51,120 bases of DNA, taken from positions 1 through 51,120 of IMG/VR virus record IMGVR_UViG_3300038797_000035; one strand, 5' to 3'. The position numbers and the translations under genes were made by a program. Shown piece by piece: positions 35,369 through 44,980 of the stretch. This DNA comes from a virus. Taxonomy: Duplodnaviria; Caudoviricetes. Positions within the stretch are counted from its first letter, which is position 1. Every line of letters begins with the position of its first letter. The notes under the pieces were generated by a model. That model saw nothing but the letters and a program-made list of their open reading frames with translations. It made no database searches and was not told the origin of the DNA.

Positions 35369-36734
35369 TAAAGTTCTAAAGTCGTTTCTGATCGGCATCG
35401 GCTATGACACCAAAGCCCTGGAAGCGGGCGACAAGAAGATCAACGCGAGCCTGAACGGCATCAAGTCCGGCGCCCTGGGCATATCAGCAGCGCTGATTGG
35501 TGCTTTCGGCACGGCTGCCAGCGCTATCGTCGGGGTTGCTGGGCGCGTAGACAAGCTAGCCATGTCCACGCAAAACCTGCGCACGTCCCAGGCTGCCGTG
35601 TACAGCTACGGCAACGCCCTCAAACTCATGGGCGGCGATGCTTCCGATGCCGTTGATACCCTTCAGCGCTTCGAAGAGATCCAGAACAACCTGCGCCTCA
35701 AGGGTGATGCCGGTCCGATCGGCGATCTCGCAACGGCTGGCATCGATGTGAGCTCGCTCTACGCGACGAAGACTGGCGAAGAATTCATGCGTGCGCTTGC
35801 GGAGATGATCCCGCGGCTGGATGAGGGGCAGCGCGCCCAGGTTCAAAGCTCTCTCGGGTTGTCGGACGGCGTGTTCCGTTCGCTGGCCGGCGGGGTTGAA
35901 AAGCTCGACGAGACCATGAAGCGCGCCAATGCGTTGACCGGTAGCGTTGATCAACTGACCGAGAACAGCCGAAAACTCGCTGACAACTCGGCGCAGCTCG
36001 GCTTGATCATCGATGGCGTCAAAAATGAGCTGGCTGAAAAGTTTTTGCCGAGCCTGATTGGTGCAACCGAAGGGGTTAATAACTTCCTCAAGCAGTACCG
36101 GCCAGAAATCAGCAAAGGGATCGACGCGCTGGCGGAAAACCCCGATGCGACTGCCGGCCTTGGTGCTGGCGCGGCTGCCGTGGGCGCTGGGGCTGCGATA
36201 TCAAAGCTGGGCCTGTCCACGGCCGGGACAGCACTCAAGGGGGCAGGGCAGATCGGCATCGTAGTCAGCGCCGCTGATCTGTTGACCCCTTACATCGACC
36301 CCATGTTCGACAAGCTGTTTGGCGTTGAGCGCACACCCGTTTCGACCGAGGCCGGCGGTGGCCAGGTAATCCGAACGCAGGAGGCGATTGATTATCTGGA
36401 TCAGCGTGATGGGCCGACCACAGAGGCGCAGACAGGCACGGATCAACGAGACTCCGCCCCTGAAACTGTGCGACAGCCAGTTGAGGTCATTTACGGCGAT
36501 AGATCTGCGACAGACATCATGCCGCCGGCCGAAAGCACCAGCCGAGAAGATGAGCGAAATGCGAACGCCGATGCACTCGCAGGTGCGCTGAGCCGCACGC
36601 CGATCAAGGTCGAGAACCAGGTGGGGCTGACCGTGCAACTCGACGGCCAAGCGCTGGAAACAAAAATCACGCAGGTCAACGAGCGTCAGAACTACGAAAC
36701 CCTGGGTGACCTGAAGACCACGACGGAGCGATAA
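35361..36734 (+). CDS. Tape measure protein (short, 457 aa)
   Basis: VLKSFLIGIGY start; Ala/Gly-rich helical sequence; position. Confidence 0.8.
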   Translation: MASKVLKSFLIGIGYDTKALEAGDKKINASLNGIKSGALGISAALIGAFGTAASAIVGVAGRVDKLAMSTQNLRTSQAAVYSYGNALKLMGGDASDAVDTLQRFEEIQNNLRLKGDAGPIGDLATAGIDVSSLYATKTGEEFMRALAEMIPRLDEGQRAQVQSSLGLSDGVFRSLAGGVEKLDETMKRANALTGSVDQLTENSRKLADNSAQLGLIIDGVKNELAEKFLPSLIGATEGVNNFLKQYRPEISKGIDALAENPDATAGLGAGAAAVGAGAAISKLGLSTAGTALKGAGQIGIVVSAADLLTPYIDPMFDKLFGVERTPVSTEAGGGQVIRTQEAIDYLDQRDGPTTEAQTGTDQRDSAPETVRQPVEVIYGDRSATDIMPPAESTSREDERNANADALAGALSRTPIKVENQVGLTVQLDGQALETKITQVNERQNYETLGDLKTTTER

Positions 36735-36736
36735 AC

Positions 36737-37393
36737 GTGAGCATCATCAACATCTTCACGCGCCAGGCGCCGACCATTGCCGGCTACTCGTTCGACGCGG
36801 TGCTGGAGGATACGTTCGAGGCTACCGTTACGCTCACCTCGATCCCGATTGAATCCGGCGTCCGGATATCGGATCACCGAATCCTGAACCCATTCAAGTG
36901 GTCGATGACCGGGGCGATCAGTAACAACCCGGTCAAAGTCCAGTTGACTGACTTCTTGGGTGGCGCTCTTTCGAACCTGACTGATAACCCGATTGTCTCG
37001 ACGGTGGCTGGCCTGTCCGCTGGCTGGCTGGCGGGAAGCAACGAAACCCGGGCAAGTACGACGCTCGACTTCCTGATCTGGCTGATGCAGGCCGCTGACC
37101 CGTTCGATATCGACGCGGGCGACATCCTGTTGAAGAACATGGCGATCACTCGCCTGTCCAGGACCAAGGAGCCCCGTAATGAGGGCGGCCTTGAGTTCGT
37201 TGTAGAGCTTCAGGAGGTCATCAGTCTTGACCGCATCGTTCAGGACACGCAGTGCTCGGTGCCACAGCTGCGCGACGGCGACCCATCACAGAGCGCGCTG
37301 GCCAGAGTGGTTAAACGCGGGCAGGCGATCGCCAAGGAAGCCAGCGACGCCGTGTCGAATGCGGTAAACAACATTCTCGATGGAGTCGTCTGA
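36737..37393 (+). CDS. Baseplate / tube-initiator protein
   Basis: FDAVLED...PIESGVRISDH pattern. Confidence 0.75.
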   Translation: MSIINIFTRQAPTIAGYSFDAVLEDTFEATVTLTSIPIESGVRISDHRILNPFKWSMTGAISNNPVKVQLTDFLGGALSNLTDNPIVSTVAGLSAGWLAGSNETRASTTLDFLIWLMQAADPFDIDAGDILLKNMAITRLSRTKEPRNEGGLEFVVELQEVISLDRIVQDTQCSVPQLRDGDPSQSALARVVKRGQAIAKEASDAVSNAVNNILDGVV

Positions 37394-37701
37394 TGTTAGT
37401 GATCCCACTACGTCCCGGCGCGGAAAACGCGCACCCGCGGTTCTCCGTGCAACTCGGCGAGAACCTGATCGATTTCGAGCTCGACTTCATTTCATATCTG
37501 GATGCGCCGGCCTGGTCGATGAACCTGGTGCGCGATGGTAGTCGCATTGTGTCTGGGGCAATGCTCGAGCCTGGTAGCGACGTGATCCAGAGTTACCGAA
37601 CCGGTATTGGCCAGTTGGTATTCACCGGCGCAGACGTGACACTGAACAACCTCGGCGTCGATAACTTCCTCGTCTGGATACCCCCACTGGTGGAAACATG
37701 A
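37393..37701 (+). CDS. Small baseplate protein
   Basis: Position and size. Confidence 0.65.
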   Translation: MLVIPLRPGAENAHPRFSVQLGENLIDFELDFISYLDAPAWSMNLVRDGSRIVSGAMLEPGSDVIQSYRTGIGQLVFTGADVTLNNLGVDNFLVWIPPLVET

Positions 37702-39113
37702 GAGAGCGCGTTTGGTCACTTGATGTGAACGGACAGCCGTACATCGGTCCTCAGTACGGGCGCCGCCAGTTTCGCATTCAGTTCAATATCGACATCTCGC
37801 CAGGTGATGCAATTTCGTTTGCTGATCTTCGGCTGTTCAACATGAACAAGGGATCGAGTATCGCTCAGGGATCGAGCATCGTCTTTCGCGCCGGCTTCGA
37901 CGACAACATCGACGCGGTGTTCACTGGGTTTGTAACCAACACGCTGCGCGAGCGCCCACCTGGTGCGCCAGAAATCATTACGCGGCTGATTTGCCGATCT
38001 GGCCAGCCGGCGGTAGACCGGGCCTCAGCTCAGCTGTCGTTTGGTGTTGGAACCCGCATACACGAGGTGCTTCGCGCCCTGGCAGCTGCGTGGCCACTGC
38101 CGATCGATATCGACAACGCCCAGTTCGCAGACGCGAAGCCGCTATCGTCGGGTCTAGTGGTGGACGGTGATATCCCTGCTGCGATGACTGATCTGGCGTA
38201 CGCCTACAAGTTCGAGTGGATGCAAGATCGCGGGCGGATCGTCGTGACGAAGCCGAACATGCCTCGCACCGCGTCGCCGGTGAAGGTTGATCAGTTCAGC
38301 GGGATGATCGGCATTCCGGAAGTATCTCGCGGGCCTGATGGCCTTGGCGTGTTCGTTTCGGTACAGCTAAATCCGTCGCTGCGAATCAACGGGAAAATCG
38401 ACGTCGAGAGCGAGTTCGCTACCTTCAACACCGGCAACCTGTTCGTAGCCGAATTGAGCGGTGATGCCAGCGCGAACGGCGAGTACAACGTCTTCGCGAT
38501 GAAGCACACCGGTGACTCCTGGAGCGACGTTTGGCGAACTGAAATTGATGGTTTGCGCGCAGAAACGGCACCGCCACCGACTCAGGTGGCCACGTCAGAG
38601 AATGGCAAGTTGGTCTGGGGTTCCAGGGTTGACCAGGCGTTCCGGGTCAAGGTGCGCGAGATTGCCGATCGGCTTTCCACTGATCCCGGCTGGTTAATGG
38701 CAGTAATGGGCTTCGAGACTGGTTACACGTTCAGTCCTGCAGCTCGCAACCCGGGCAGCACGGCTACCGGCCTGATCCAGTTCATCGAGTCGACGGCAAG
38801 AGGCCTTGGCACGTCAACAGCACAGCTCGCGCGCATGACCGCTGTGCGGCAGTTGGATTATGTGGAGGACTACTACCGCCCATATAACGGCCGCATCAGG
38901 AACCTTGGTGATGCTTATCTCGCCGTCCTGTGGCCGGTAGCGGTCGGCAGGCCGGACTCCTACGTGATGTGGGAGCGTGACTCAGGCCCGTACCAGCGTG
39001 AGTACGCCGCCAACTCAGGTCTGGATGTGAACCACGACGGTGTAATCACCCGTGGCGAGGCCGTCGCATCGGTGAACACGTCCTACATGCGCGGGCAGCA
39101 GTTCGTGAGATAG
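37698..39113 (+). CDS. Baseplate hub fused to a C-terminal lytic transglycosylase/lysozyme-like domain
   Basis: Hub-like N-terminal ~290 aa; C-terminal LMAVMGFETG...ATGLIQF...QLDYV...YLAVL...LDVNHDGVIT. Confidence 0.8.
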   Translation: MRERVWSLDVNGQPYIGPQYGRRQFRIQFNIDISPGDAISFADLRLFNMNKGSSIAQGSSIVFRAGFDDNIDAVFTGFVTNTLRERPPGAPEIITRLICRSGQPAVDRASAQLSFGVGTRIHEVLRALAAAWPLPIDIDNAQFADAKPLSSGLVVDGDIPAAMTDLAYAYKFEWMQDRGRIVVTKPNMPRTASPVKVDQFSGMIGIPEVSRGPDGLGVFVSVQLNPSLRINGKIDVESEFATFNTGNLFVAELSGDASANGEYNVFAMKHTGDSWSDVWRTEIDGLRAETAPPPTQVATSENGKLVWGSRVDQAFRVKVREIADRLSTDPGWLMAVMGFETGYTFSPAARNPGSTATGLIQFIESTARGLGTSTAQLARMTAVRQLDYVEDYYRPYNGRIRNLGDAYLAVLWPVAVGRPDSYVMWERDSGPYQREYAANSGLDVNHDGVITRGEAVASVNTSYMRGQQFVR

Positions 39114-39180
39114 GCACTCGGATTGGCTCAAGCCTGCTGATACATTGCTCGGTAAGCCCAAGTGAATACTGGAAAGGAAA

Positions 39181-39603
39181 ATGCCGAAGATCCTGATCAT
39201 GCTTGCAGCAGTTGTTCTGCTCCCTGCTATCGCCTCCGCAGATGACATCACTTCGGTGAATGCGCCTGGACAGTGCGACGGCCGACAGATGTTCAACTAT
39301 GTGGACGTGGCGCTCAAAGCAGGGGGTGGAGTGCTTAATGTAGCGAACGATCCCCAGTACGGCGGCGGCTCGGTATCTCTGGCGCTTAAATCGCAGAACA
39401 TGCGGATCTACAACGCCATGATCGTCGATATCAGAGAGCACGATTTGAGTCTCGCGAGAGGCGGCTGTAAGGCATTGAACAACGGACCCACGAACGGAAT
39501 GATGTCCAGCCTACGGCAAGTTGAGTCAAAAATCCGCGCGCTGGTGAGCAGCCAGTACAACGGAAATGGGATTCTCACCAACGGCTTCGGCGAGACCAGG
39601 TAG
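39181..39603 (+). CDS. Secreted/periplasmic moron protein
   Basis: Signal peptide MPKILIMLAAVVLLPAIASA; two Cys; own TG-N-TACATT promoter element (39138-39146) and terminator. Confidence 0.75.
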   Translation: MPKILIMLAAVVLLPAIASADDITSVNAPGQCDGRQMFNYVDVALKAGGGVLNVANDPQYGGGSVSLALKSQNMRIYNAMIVDIREHDLSLARGGCKALNNGPTNGMMSSLRQVESKIRALVSSQYNGNGILTNGFGETR

Positions 39604-39631
39604 CCCGATCCCGATATAAAGTTTCGAACCG

Positions 39632-39655
39632 ACCCGCTCCGGCGGGTTTTTTATT
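39632..39655 (+). terminator. Rho-independent terminator
   Basis: ACCCGC-TCCG-GCGGGT followed by a T-run. Confidence 0.85.
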
Positions 39656-39679
39656 GCCCGCGGTAAATGGAGAGCCTGA

Positions 39680-40387
39680 ATGCTTGAGTCAGAAGGCCGT
39701 GCGAAGCAGGCGAAGCTGATCCGCGATGCTTTCCGCGAGGTCATGAAGGGCGTGAGTACTTCGATCCCTGGGCACGTCCTGACATTCAACCCGCTTACCC
39801 AGCTCGCCCAGGTACAGCCCGGCATTGCGCGAGTGGATATAAACGGTGCCGAGTTCAAGGTACCGCCAATCATTGAGGTCCCGGTCTACTTCCCGGGCGG
39901 TGACTACTGCGTCGAGTACCAGATCGACCCTGATTGCGAGGGCGACATCCTGTTCTCTCAGCGCTGTATCGATGGATGGATACAGAGCGGCGGCATCGCG
40001 GCCAACCCGATCGGACGCTTCCACAACATGCAAGACGCCATGTTTCTTCCTGGATTTCGGTCGCAGCCGAACGTGTTGCCGGAGTTCCAGAACAACGGTG
40101 TGCGCATGCGCAACCGGGCGGGCACGCAATTCGTCTGGCTGAAGAACGACAACAGCATCTCGATGGATAACGGGGTCGCGAAGTTCGACGTGCTGGCCGA
40201 TGGTACAACCCTCATGCAGAACGGCGCCGGCATGTTCCAGCTTCTGGCTGATGGGTCTTTCCTGATCAACGGACTGAAGATAACGCCAGACGGCGACGTA
40301 ATCACGGCTACCGGGATCTCCCTCAAGAATCACAGAACGTCAGGTGTTACGCCTGGATCTGGAACAAGTGGAGTGCCCGTTATATGA
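39680..40387 (+). CDS. Baseplate spike protein (Gp138/V-like)
   Basis: TSIPGHVLTFNP...VPVYFPGG...GDILFSQRCIDGW...RFHNMQDAMF. Confidence 0.8.
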   Translation: MLESEGRAKQAKLIRDAFREVMKGVSTSIPGHVLTFNPLTQLAQVQPGIARVDINGAEFKVPPIIEVPVYFPGGDYCVEYQIDPDCEGDILFSQRCIDGWIQSGGIAANPIGRFHNMQDAMFLPGFRSQPNVLPEFQNNGVRMRNRAGTQFVWLKNDNSISMDNGVAKFDVLADGTTLMQNGAGMFQLLADGSFLINGLKITPDGDVITATGISLKNHRTSGVTPGSGTSGVPVI

Positions 40388-40731
40388 CCGTACGCAGACT
40401 CGACGACAACGGCGACATCGTGACTCGCGGCCAGCAGTTCATCACCGGCCAGTCCGAAGTAGCGCAGACGGTGCTAACCAGGCTTCGGCTGTTCCTGGGC
40501 GAGTACTTTCGCGACATCACCGACGGCACGCCGTGGTACGAGCAGATCCTTGGCAAGTTCACCAGTCTATCGGCGGCTGAGGCTGCGCTGCGCGGCCGGA
40601 TCGCCAATACGCCGGGCGTGATTCGCCTCACCAGTTTCTCCGCAAACTTCGACATCAACACCCGCCGCTACAGCGTGACCGCTGGAATTCTCACTGAGTT
40701 CGGCTTGGAAGAGGTAACACTGAATGGCTAG
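40384..40731 (+). CDS. Baseplate wedge protein (gp46/W-like)
   Basis: VAQTVLTRLRLFLGEYFRDITDGTPW. Confidence 0.8.
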   Translation: MTVRRLDDNGDIVTRGQQFITGQSEVAQTVLTRLRLFLGEYFRDITDGTPWYEQILGKFTSLSAAEAALRGRIANTPGVIRLTSFSANFDINTRRYSVTAGILTEFGLEEVTLNG

Positions 40732-41944
40732 CCTGACCGCGACCGGTTACTCGCTACAGACGCAAAACGAGTGGTTCGCGCAGGAGCGTCAGTTCTACGT
40801 GGACATTGATCCACTGTGGAACCTGGACCCTTCCACGCCCGACGGCCTGAAGATGGCTCACGACTCTGAAATCTTCTACGCCTTAGACGAGACCCTGCAG
40901 CAGGCCTATAACTCGAAGGACCCGAACAAGGCCAAGGGCAAAGACCTGGACATTGTCTGTTCGCTCACAGGCACGATTCGCTCAAGTGGTTCGCGCTCAA
41001 ATACGCCGCTGACGCTCACTGCCACACCTGGGACCGTTATACCGGCCGGCAACCGCTTTGAGTCGATCACCACTGGTAGCCGCTGGGCGACGGACCAGAC
41101 CGTTACGGCGGATTCATTGGGTATGGCAACGGTCAATGCGACGTGCACGGTCGTAGGGCCAACCCAGGCCGACGAGGACACTATCACTCGTATCGTTGAC
41201 GTCGTAGCGGGTCTCGCCTCGGTCACAAACCCGGATCCAGCAACGCCAGGTGAAGACGAGCAACGCGACGAACAGTTGCGTGTCACTCGCGCCACAGCTG
41301 TCGGTCGCCCAGGCAACAACCAGATTGACGCTACTTATGGGGAGCTTTACGCAGTACCTGGCGTGCGCCGTGTGAAGATCTACGAGAATGACACCGGTAG
41401 CGCTGCCGTGACGGTCGACAATCCGCATGGTCTTCCGGCGCACTCCTACGCAGTTATCGTGGATGGAGGGACCGATGAGGATATCGCCATGGCGATCTAC
41501 CTGAAAAAGAACCCAGGCCCCCCGCTGTACCAAGCTGGCACACCGTTCGAGGTATTGGTCACTTCTCCGAAATATCCGACCAATAAGAAGCTGATTCGCG
41601 CCAGTCGCCCCATCTACGTCGACATGCTCCCTGTCATTCATGTCGTCAATGACGGCACGCTTCCACCGAACGCTGACCAGCTTATTAAAGAGGCGATGAT
41701 GGAGTATGCGGCAGGCGACCTGATCCCTGCGGATGTCGGCTTCAAGATCGACGGCTTTGATATCGGCGAGATCGTGCCATTCAGCACCATCTTCACGCCG
41801 GTCAACAAGGTCATCGGCACCTATGGGGATAGTTACGTCGACCTGCCATCGTCAAGTCTCAATGGCGGTCAGGCGAACGTCGCCATCGCCTACAACCAGA
41901 TGTCCCGGTGGACGGAGAGCAACATCACCGTAGTGATCACGTGA
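40724..41944 (+). CDS. Baseplate J-like protein
   Basis: DPNKAKGKDLD...G...DEQLR...YENDT. Confidence 0.85.
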   Translation: MASLTATGYSLQTQNEWFAQERQFYVDIDPLWNLDPSTPDGLKMAHDSEIFYALDETLQQAYNSKDPNKAKGKDLDIVCSLTGTIRSSGSRSNTPLTLTATPGTVIPAGNRFESITTGSRWATDQTVTADSLGMATVNATCTVVGPTQADEDTITRIVDVVAGLASVTNPDPATPGEDEQRDEQLRVTRATAVGRPGNNQIDATYGELYAVPGVRRVKIYENDTGSAAVTVDNPHGLPAHSYAVIVDGGTDEDIAMAIYLKKNPGPPLYQAGTPFEVLVTSPKYPTNKKLIRASRPIYVDMLPVIHVVNDGTLPPNADQLIKEAMMEYAAGDLIPADVGFKIDGFDIGEIVPFSTIFTPVNKVIGTYGDSYVDLPSSSLNGGQANVAIAYNQMSRWTESNITVVIT

Positions 41945-42585
41945 TGAACATCCCAGACCGAATTTACGCGCAGTACCGCGATAAGCCAAAAGCGGTGGAC
42001 TGGTACGCAATCGCCAGAAAGCTCGGCGGAAGTATCGAGGACGCTGCCGAGGCCGTGCGAAAGAGCTACGACATCGACAACTCAGAGGGCGAGCAGCTGA
42101 ATGTGATCGGTCGCATCGTCGTAGCGCCACGCAGCTTTGTCGGCTCCATTCCGATGAATCCCGGGCTTTTCGATCTGACCGACGGTGACGAGTTCGGCGA
42201 CGACGAGGCGATGTTCAGCGCGCTGACAATCGATCAGGACGGGCAGCTCTCCGACGATCTGTATCGCCTTGTGATCAAGGCAAAGATCGTCAAAAACAAC
42301 GGCGATGCCACCATCGAGAACATCCTCGACGGAATGAACTTCCTGCTGCCAAACGCGGAAGTGCTTCGCGTAACTGACGGCGAAGACATGTCGTTCAGCA
42401 TCGAGTTTTACGGGCAGATAACCAACCTTGAACGGTTTGCCCTGCTCAATGCCGGACTGGTTCCGAAGCCGCAGACAGTGAGATTCAACGGATTCCTTGA
42501 AGGGTTCGATATGGTCGAGTTCGGTGATATGGATGCCGAGTTCGGTGACGAAGATGCAGAATTTGCAGGATATATAGGGGCATAG
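41944..42585 (+). CDS. Baseplate protein (DUF2612 type)
   Basis: YAQYRDKPK...GEQLNVIGRIV...LSDDLYRLVIKAKIVKN. Confidence 0.8.
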   Translation: MNIPDRIYAQYRDKPKAVDWYAIARKLGGSIEDAAEAVRKSYDIDNSEGEQLNVIGRIVVAPRSFVGSIPMNPGLFDLTDGDEFGDDEAMFSALTIDQDGQLSDDLYRLVIKAKIVKNNGDATIENILDGMNFLLPNAEVLRVTDGEDMSFSIEFYGQITNLERFALLNAGLVPKPQTVRFNGFLEGFDMVEFGDMDAEFGDEDAEFAGYIGA

Positions 42586-42586
42586 C

Positions 42587-43846
42587 ATGTCGCTGAAGCT
42601 GAACGAACGGTACCCAGGTCGGTACAACAACCCATCGACCGATTACCCCCAGGGCTCTTTCAAAAACAGGACCACTCCGACCGCGAAAGACGGCTCCTAT
42701 CTTGAGCAGGATTGGGCGAACGACAAGGAGGGGTTTTTCCAGTCTCTGCTCGCAAAAGCTGTAATCGAGGCAAATGGCAACGTCGACAAGGTTGGCAGCT
42801 CCCAGGCTTTCGACGCCCTGATGCAGCTTGGGCAGAACCAGGAAGGCAAGGCATTTACGACCGCAGGGACTGCGACAGCACTGACGCTGACTCCTGTTCC
42901 GGCGATTCAGGCATACGCTGCAAACCAGCGCTTCAGCGTGAAGTTCAGCGTGACCGCTGGCGCCAACCCAACATTGAACGTGTCTGCGAAAGGACCGAAG
43001 AACCTCAAACAGTATGATGCTAACGGTCTCAAGATTGCCGCCGCATTCGTTGCTGATCAGATTTCCGACGTGGTCTATGACGGCGTGGATTGGGTTCTTC
43101 TCGCCCAAGTACCATCTGCCTTGGTTGGCACGACCGGATCAGCGCGCAATCTGAAAATGGTGGCCGCAGGTACGAACGCAGTCGCAGCCATTACCGCAGA
43201 CGAGCTGACGGTATCAAACGCAGCCGGCCAGTATCAGACACTTCGGAATGTGTCAGTAAGCGTGAACCTCGCCGCAGCCGGGCTCAATGGACTCGACACC
43301 GGCTCAATGGCTACCAACACCTGGTATGCCACCTACGTCATCTGGAACCCGAACACCAACGCAAGGGGCGCGATTGCGTCTCTCAATTACACGGCGCCTG
43401 CGCTGCCTGCTGGGTATACGCACTGGGCTTTCATAGAGAGCGTTCGCGTCGGGGTTACGGTCACGAGAATCCTTCCGTTTCTAAAACTCGGCACTGACAC
43501 GATGTTCGTGCCGACCGCTGGAACGGATATCCCAGCGGATTTCCCAGTTTTGGTGAATGGCGGAACCGCCACGACTTTCACAGCAGTGAGCTTGCAAGGT
43601 TTCATCCCCCCTAATGCCAAAAGTGCACAAATTGGACTGAATTGCGCAGGCACTACTGCGGGTCGAGCAGAGGTGTATGCGGGGAGCACTGGAACGAACA
43701 GCGGGCTTCTGGCTCAAGCAATGACTAACGGCACTAGCGGCCCAAGAATTCAGTTCAATGTAATTGAACCGTTCATTAAAGGCATCTACTACGCGGTCGT
43801 GAGTCCGGGGTCTGCATCAATTTTTGCTTTTGGATGGAGGTCGTAA
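42587..43846 (+). CDS. Tail fibre / receptor-binding protein
   Basis: Conserved N-terminal anchor (YPQGSFKN...WAND..GFFQ); lower-GC variable C-terminus. Confidence 0.8.
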   Translation: MSLKLNERYPGRYNNPSTDYPQGSFKNRTTPTAKDGSYLEQDWANDKEGFFQSLLAKAVIEANGNVDKVGSSQAFDALMQLGQNQEGKAFTTAGTATALTLTPVPAIQAYAANQRFSVKFSVTAGANPTLNVSAKGPKNLKQYDANGLKIAAAFVADQISDVVYDGVDWVLLAQVPSALVGTTGSARNLKMVAAGTNAVAAITADELTVSNAAGQYQTLRNVSVSVNLAAAGLNGLDTGSMATNTWYATYVIWNPNTNARGAIASLNYTAPALPAGYTHWAFIESVRVGVTVTRILPFLKLGTDTMFVPTAGTDIPADFPVLVNGGTATTFTAVSLQGFIPPNAKSAQIGLNCAGTTAGRAEVYAGSTGTNSGLLAQAMTNGTSGPRIQFNVIEPFIKGIYYAVVSPGSASIFAFGWRS

Positions 43847-44161
43847 ATGGGATACGCAATCAAACAAGGGACAGCCGAATTTCGCGCGGTCCAAGATAAA
43901 ACGTGGTGTTTGGATGGAGAAGTTTTTTCAGATTCCCCCCCTCAGATTCCAGTCGCTATTTCAGACGTCGAAATACAGCGCCTGATTGCTTACGCAGATC
44001 CTGTGACAGGGTCAGACCGTTATTTGTCAGAGGCCGCAAGCTTAGTTGCTGCTGGAATTTCATGGGGTGATGACGAGGTGAGGACACTTCAGGCTAAAGC
44101 CGTCGAGGTAAAGGCGGAAATCCAAAAAAAATATCCTTACCCAGGAGCCAGTGCTCAATGA
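43847..44161 (+). CDS. Tail fibre assembly-type protein
   Basis: RLIAYADPVTGSDRY...EIQKKYPYP. Confidence 0.65.
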   Translation: MGYAIKQGTAEFRAVQDKTWCLDGEVFSDSPPQIPVAISDVEIQRLIAYADPVTGSDRYLSEAASLVAAGISWGDDEVRTLQAKAVEVKAEIQKKYPYPGASAQ

Positions 44162-44877
44162 TGTCAATCAACGAAAAGCGTTACTGGCAAGACCAGGCCG
44201 CACTGCTCGACCCCGCATCATACGTCATGCGTTCAAAGCAAACGCAAGGGGCTGCGTGGACTGAAACAGTGCCTGCCGGCGAGTGTTGGTATTTCCTCAA
44301 CTCGTTCTTCGTTCGGGTTTCTGGCGGCGACGCGATCTACAACCATCGCGTGCCGGACGTGGCCAAAGCCACGCAGCTTGGGGCTGGCACGAAAATCGAG
44401 TTTCACTCGGACTCGGCTTACTCCTACCACTATACATGCCGCCCGGAACTGGTGATCTGCAAGGACAAGCGCTATCAGGACGATCCCAAAGGGCTCTATT
44501 ACCAACGGATGAACAGGCTGCGCTCTCTACCGAGCCTCAGCCACCGAGTGGACTTTCCATCTGGCAGTCCATATGGCGTGACCGCTGACGTGTTGTTCCC
44601 CGATGATCTCGGGGCTGCGATGTGCCTCTCGTATTCGAACAGCAACGCTTCGTGGGGCGCGTTGATAATTGCTGGCGGCGCTCTCGGGGCGATGAACGTG
44701 GGGAATGAAATTAGTGACGACCACCAAAACCGAATTGGGGAGCGCACCATGTTCCCATTCGCTAGATCTGTTTTCACTGGCCTACGGGCTCGCGGCGGCA
44801 GCGTGCTCGGTGGCAATGACCCTTATATCAAAGGGAATGCCCAGATTACGTACTGCAAGCTTCCAGCAGACTGGTAG
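44158..44877 (+). CDS. Hypothetical protein
   Basis: 239-aa ORF coupled to the fibre chaperone; no motif recognised. Confidence 0.7.
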   Translation: MMSINEKRYWQDQAALLDPASYVMRSKQTQGAAWTETVPAGECWYFLNSFFVRVSGGDAIYNHRVPDVAKATQLGAGTKIEFHSDSAYSYHYTCRPELVICKDKRYQDDPKGLYYQRMNRLRSLPSLSHRVDFPSGSPYGVTADVLFPDDLGAAMCLSYSNSNASWGALIIAGGALGAMNVGNEISDDHQNRIGERTMFPFARSVFTGLRARGGSVLGGNDPYIKGNAQITYCKLPADW

Positions 44878-44980
44878 CGGATCTCGTTCATTGCCGTTGT
44901 GATGGGACCGCAGGTACACTCGCCACCCATTCACGGCGACCCGTTTGGCATTCAGCCTTGCCGTCCTTCCAGCAAGATAA

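Noticed and set aside
42587-44877. Diversity-generating retroelement or invertible tail-fibre cassette
   Set aside because: No reverse transcriptase, no invertase, and no template/variable repeat or inverted fibre copy seen.
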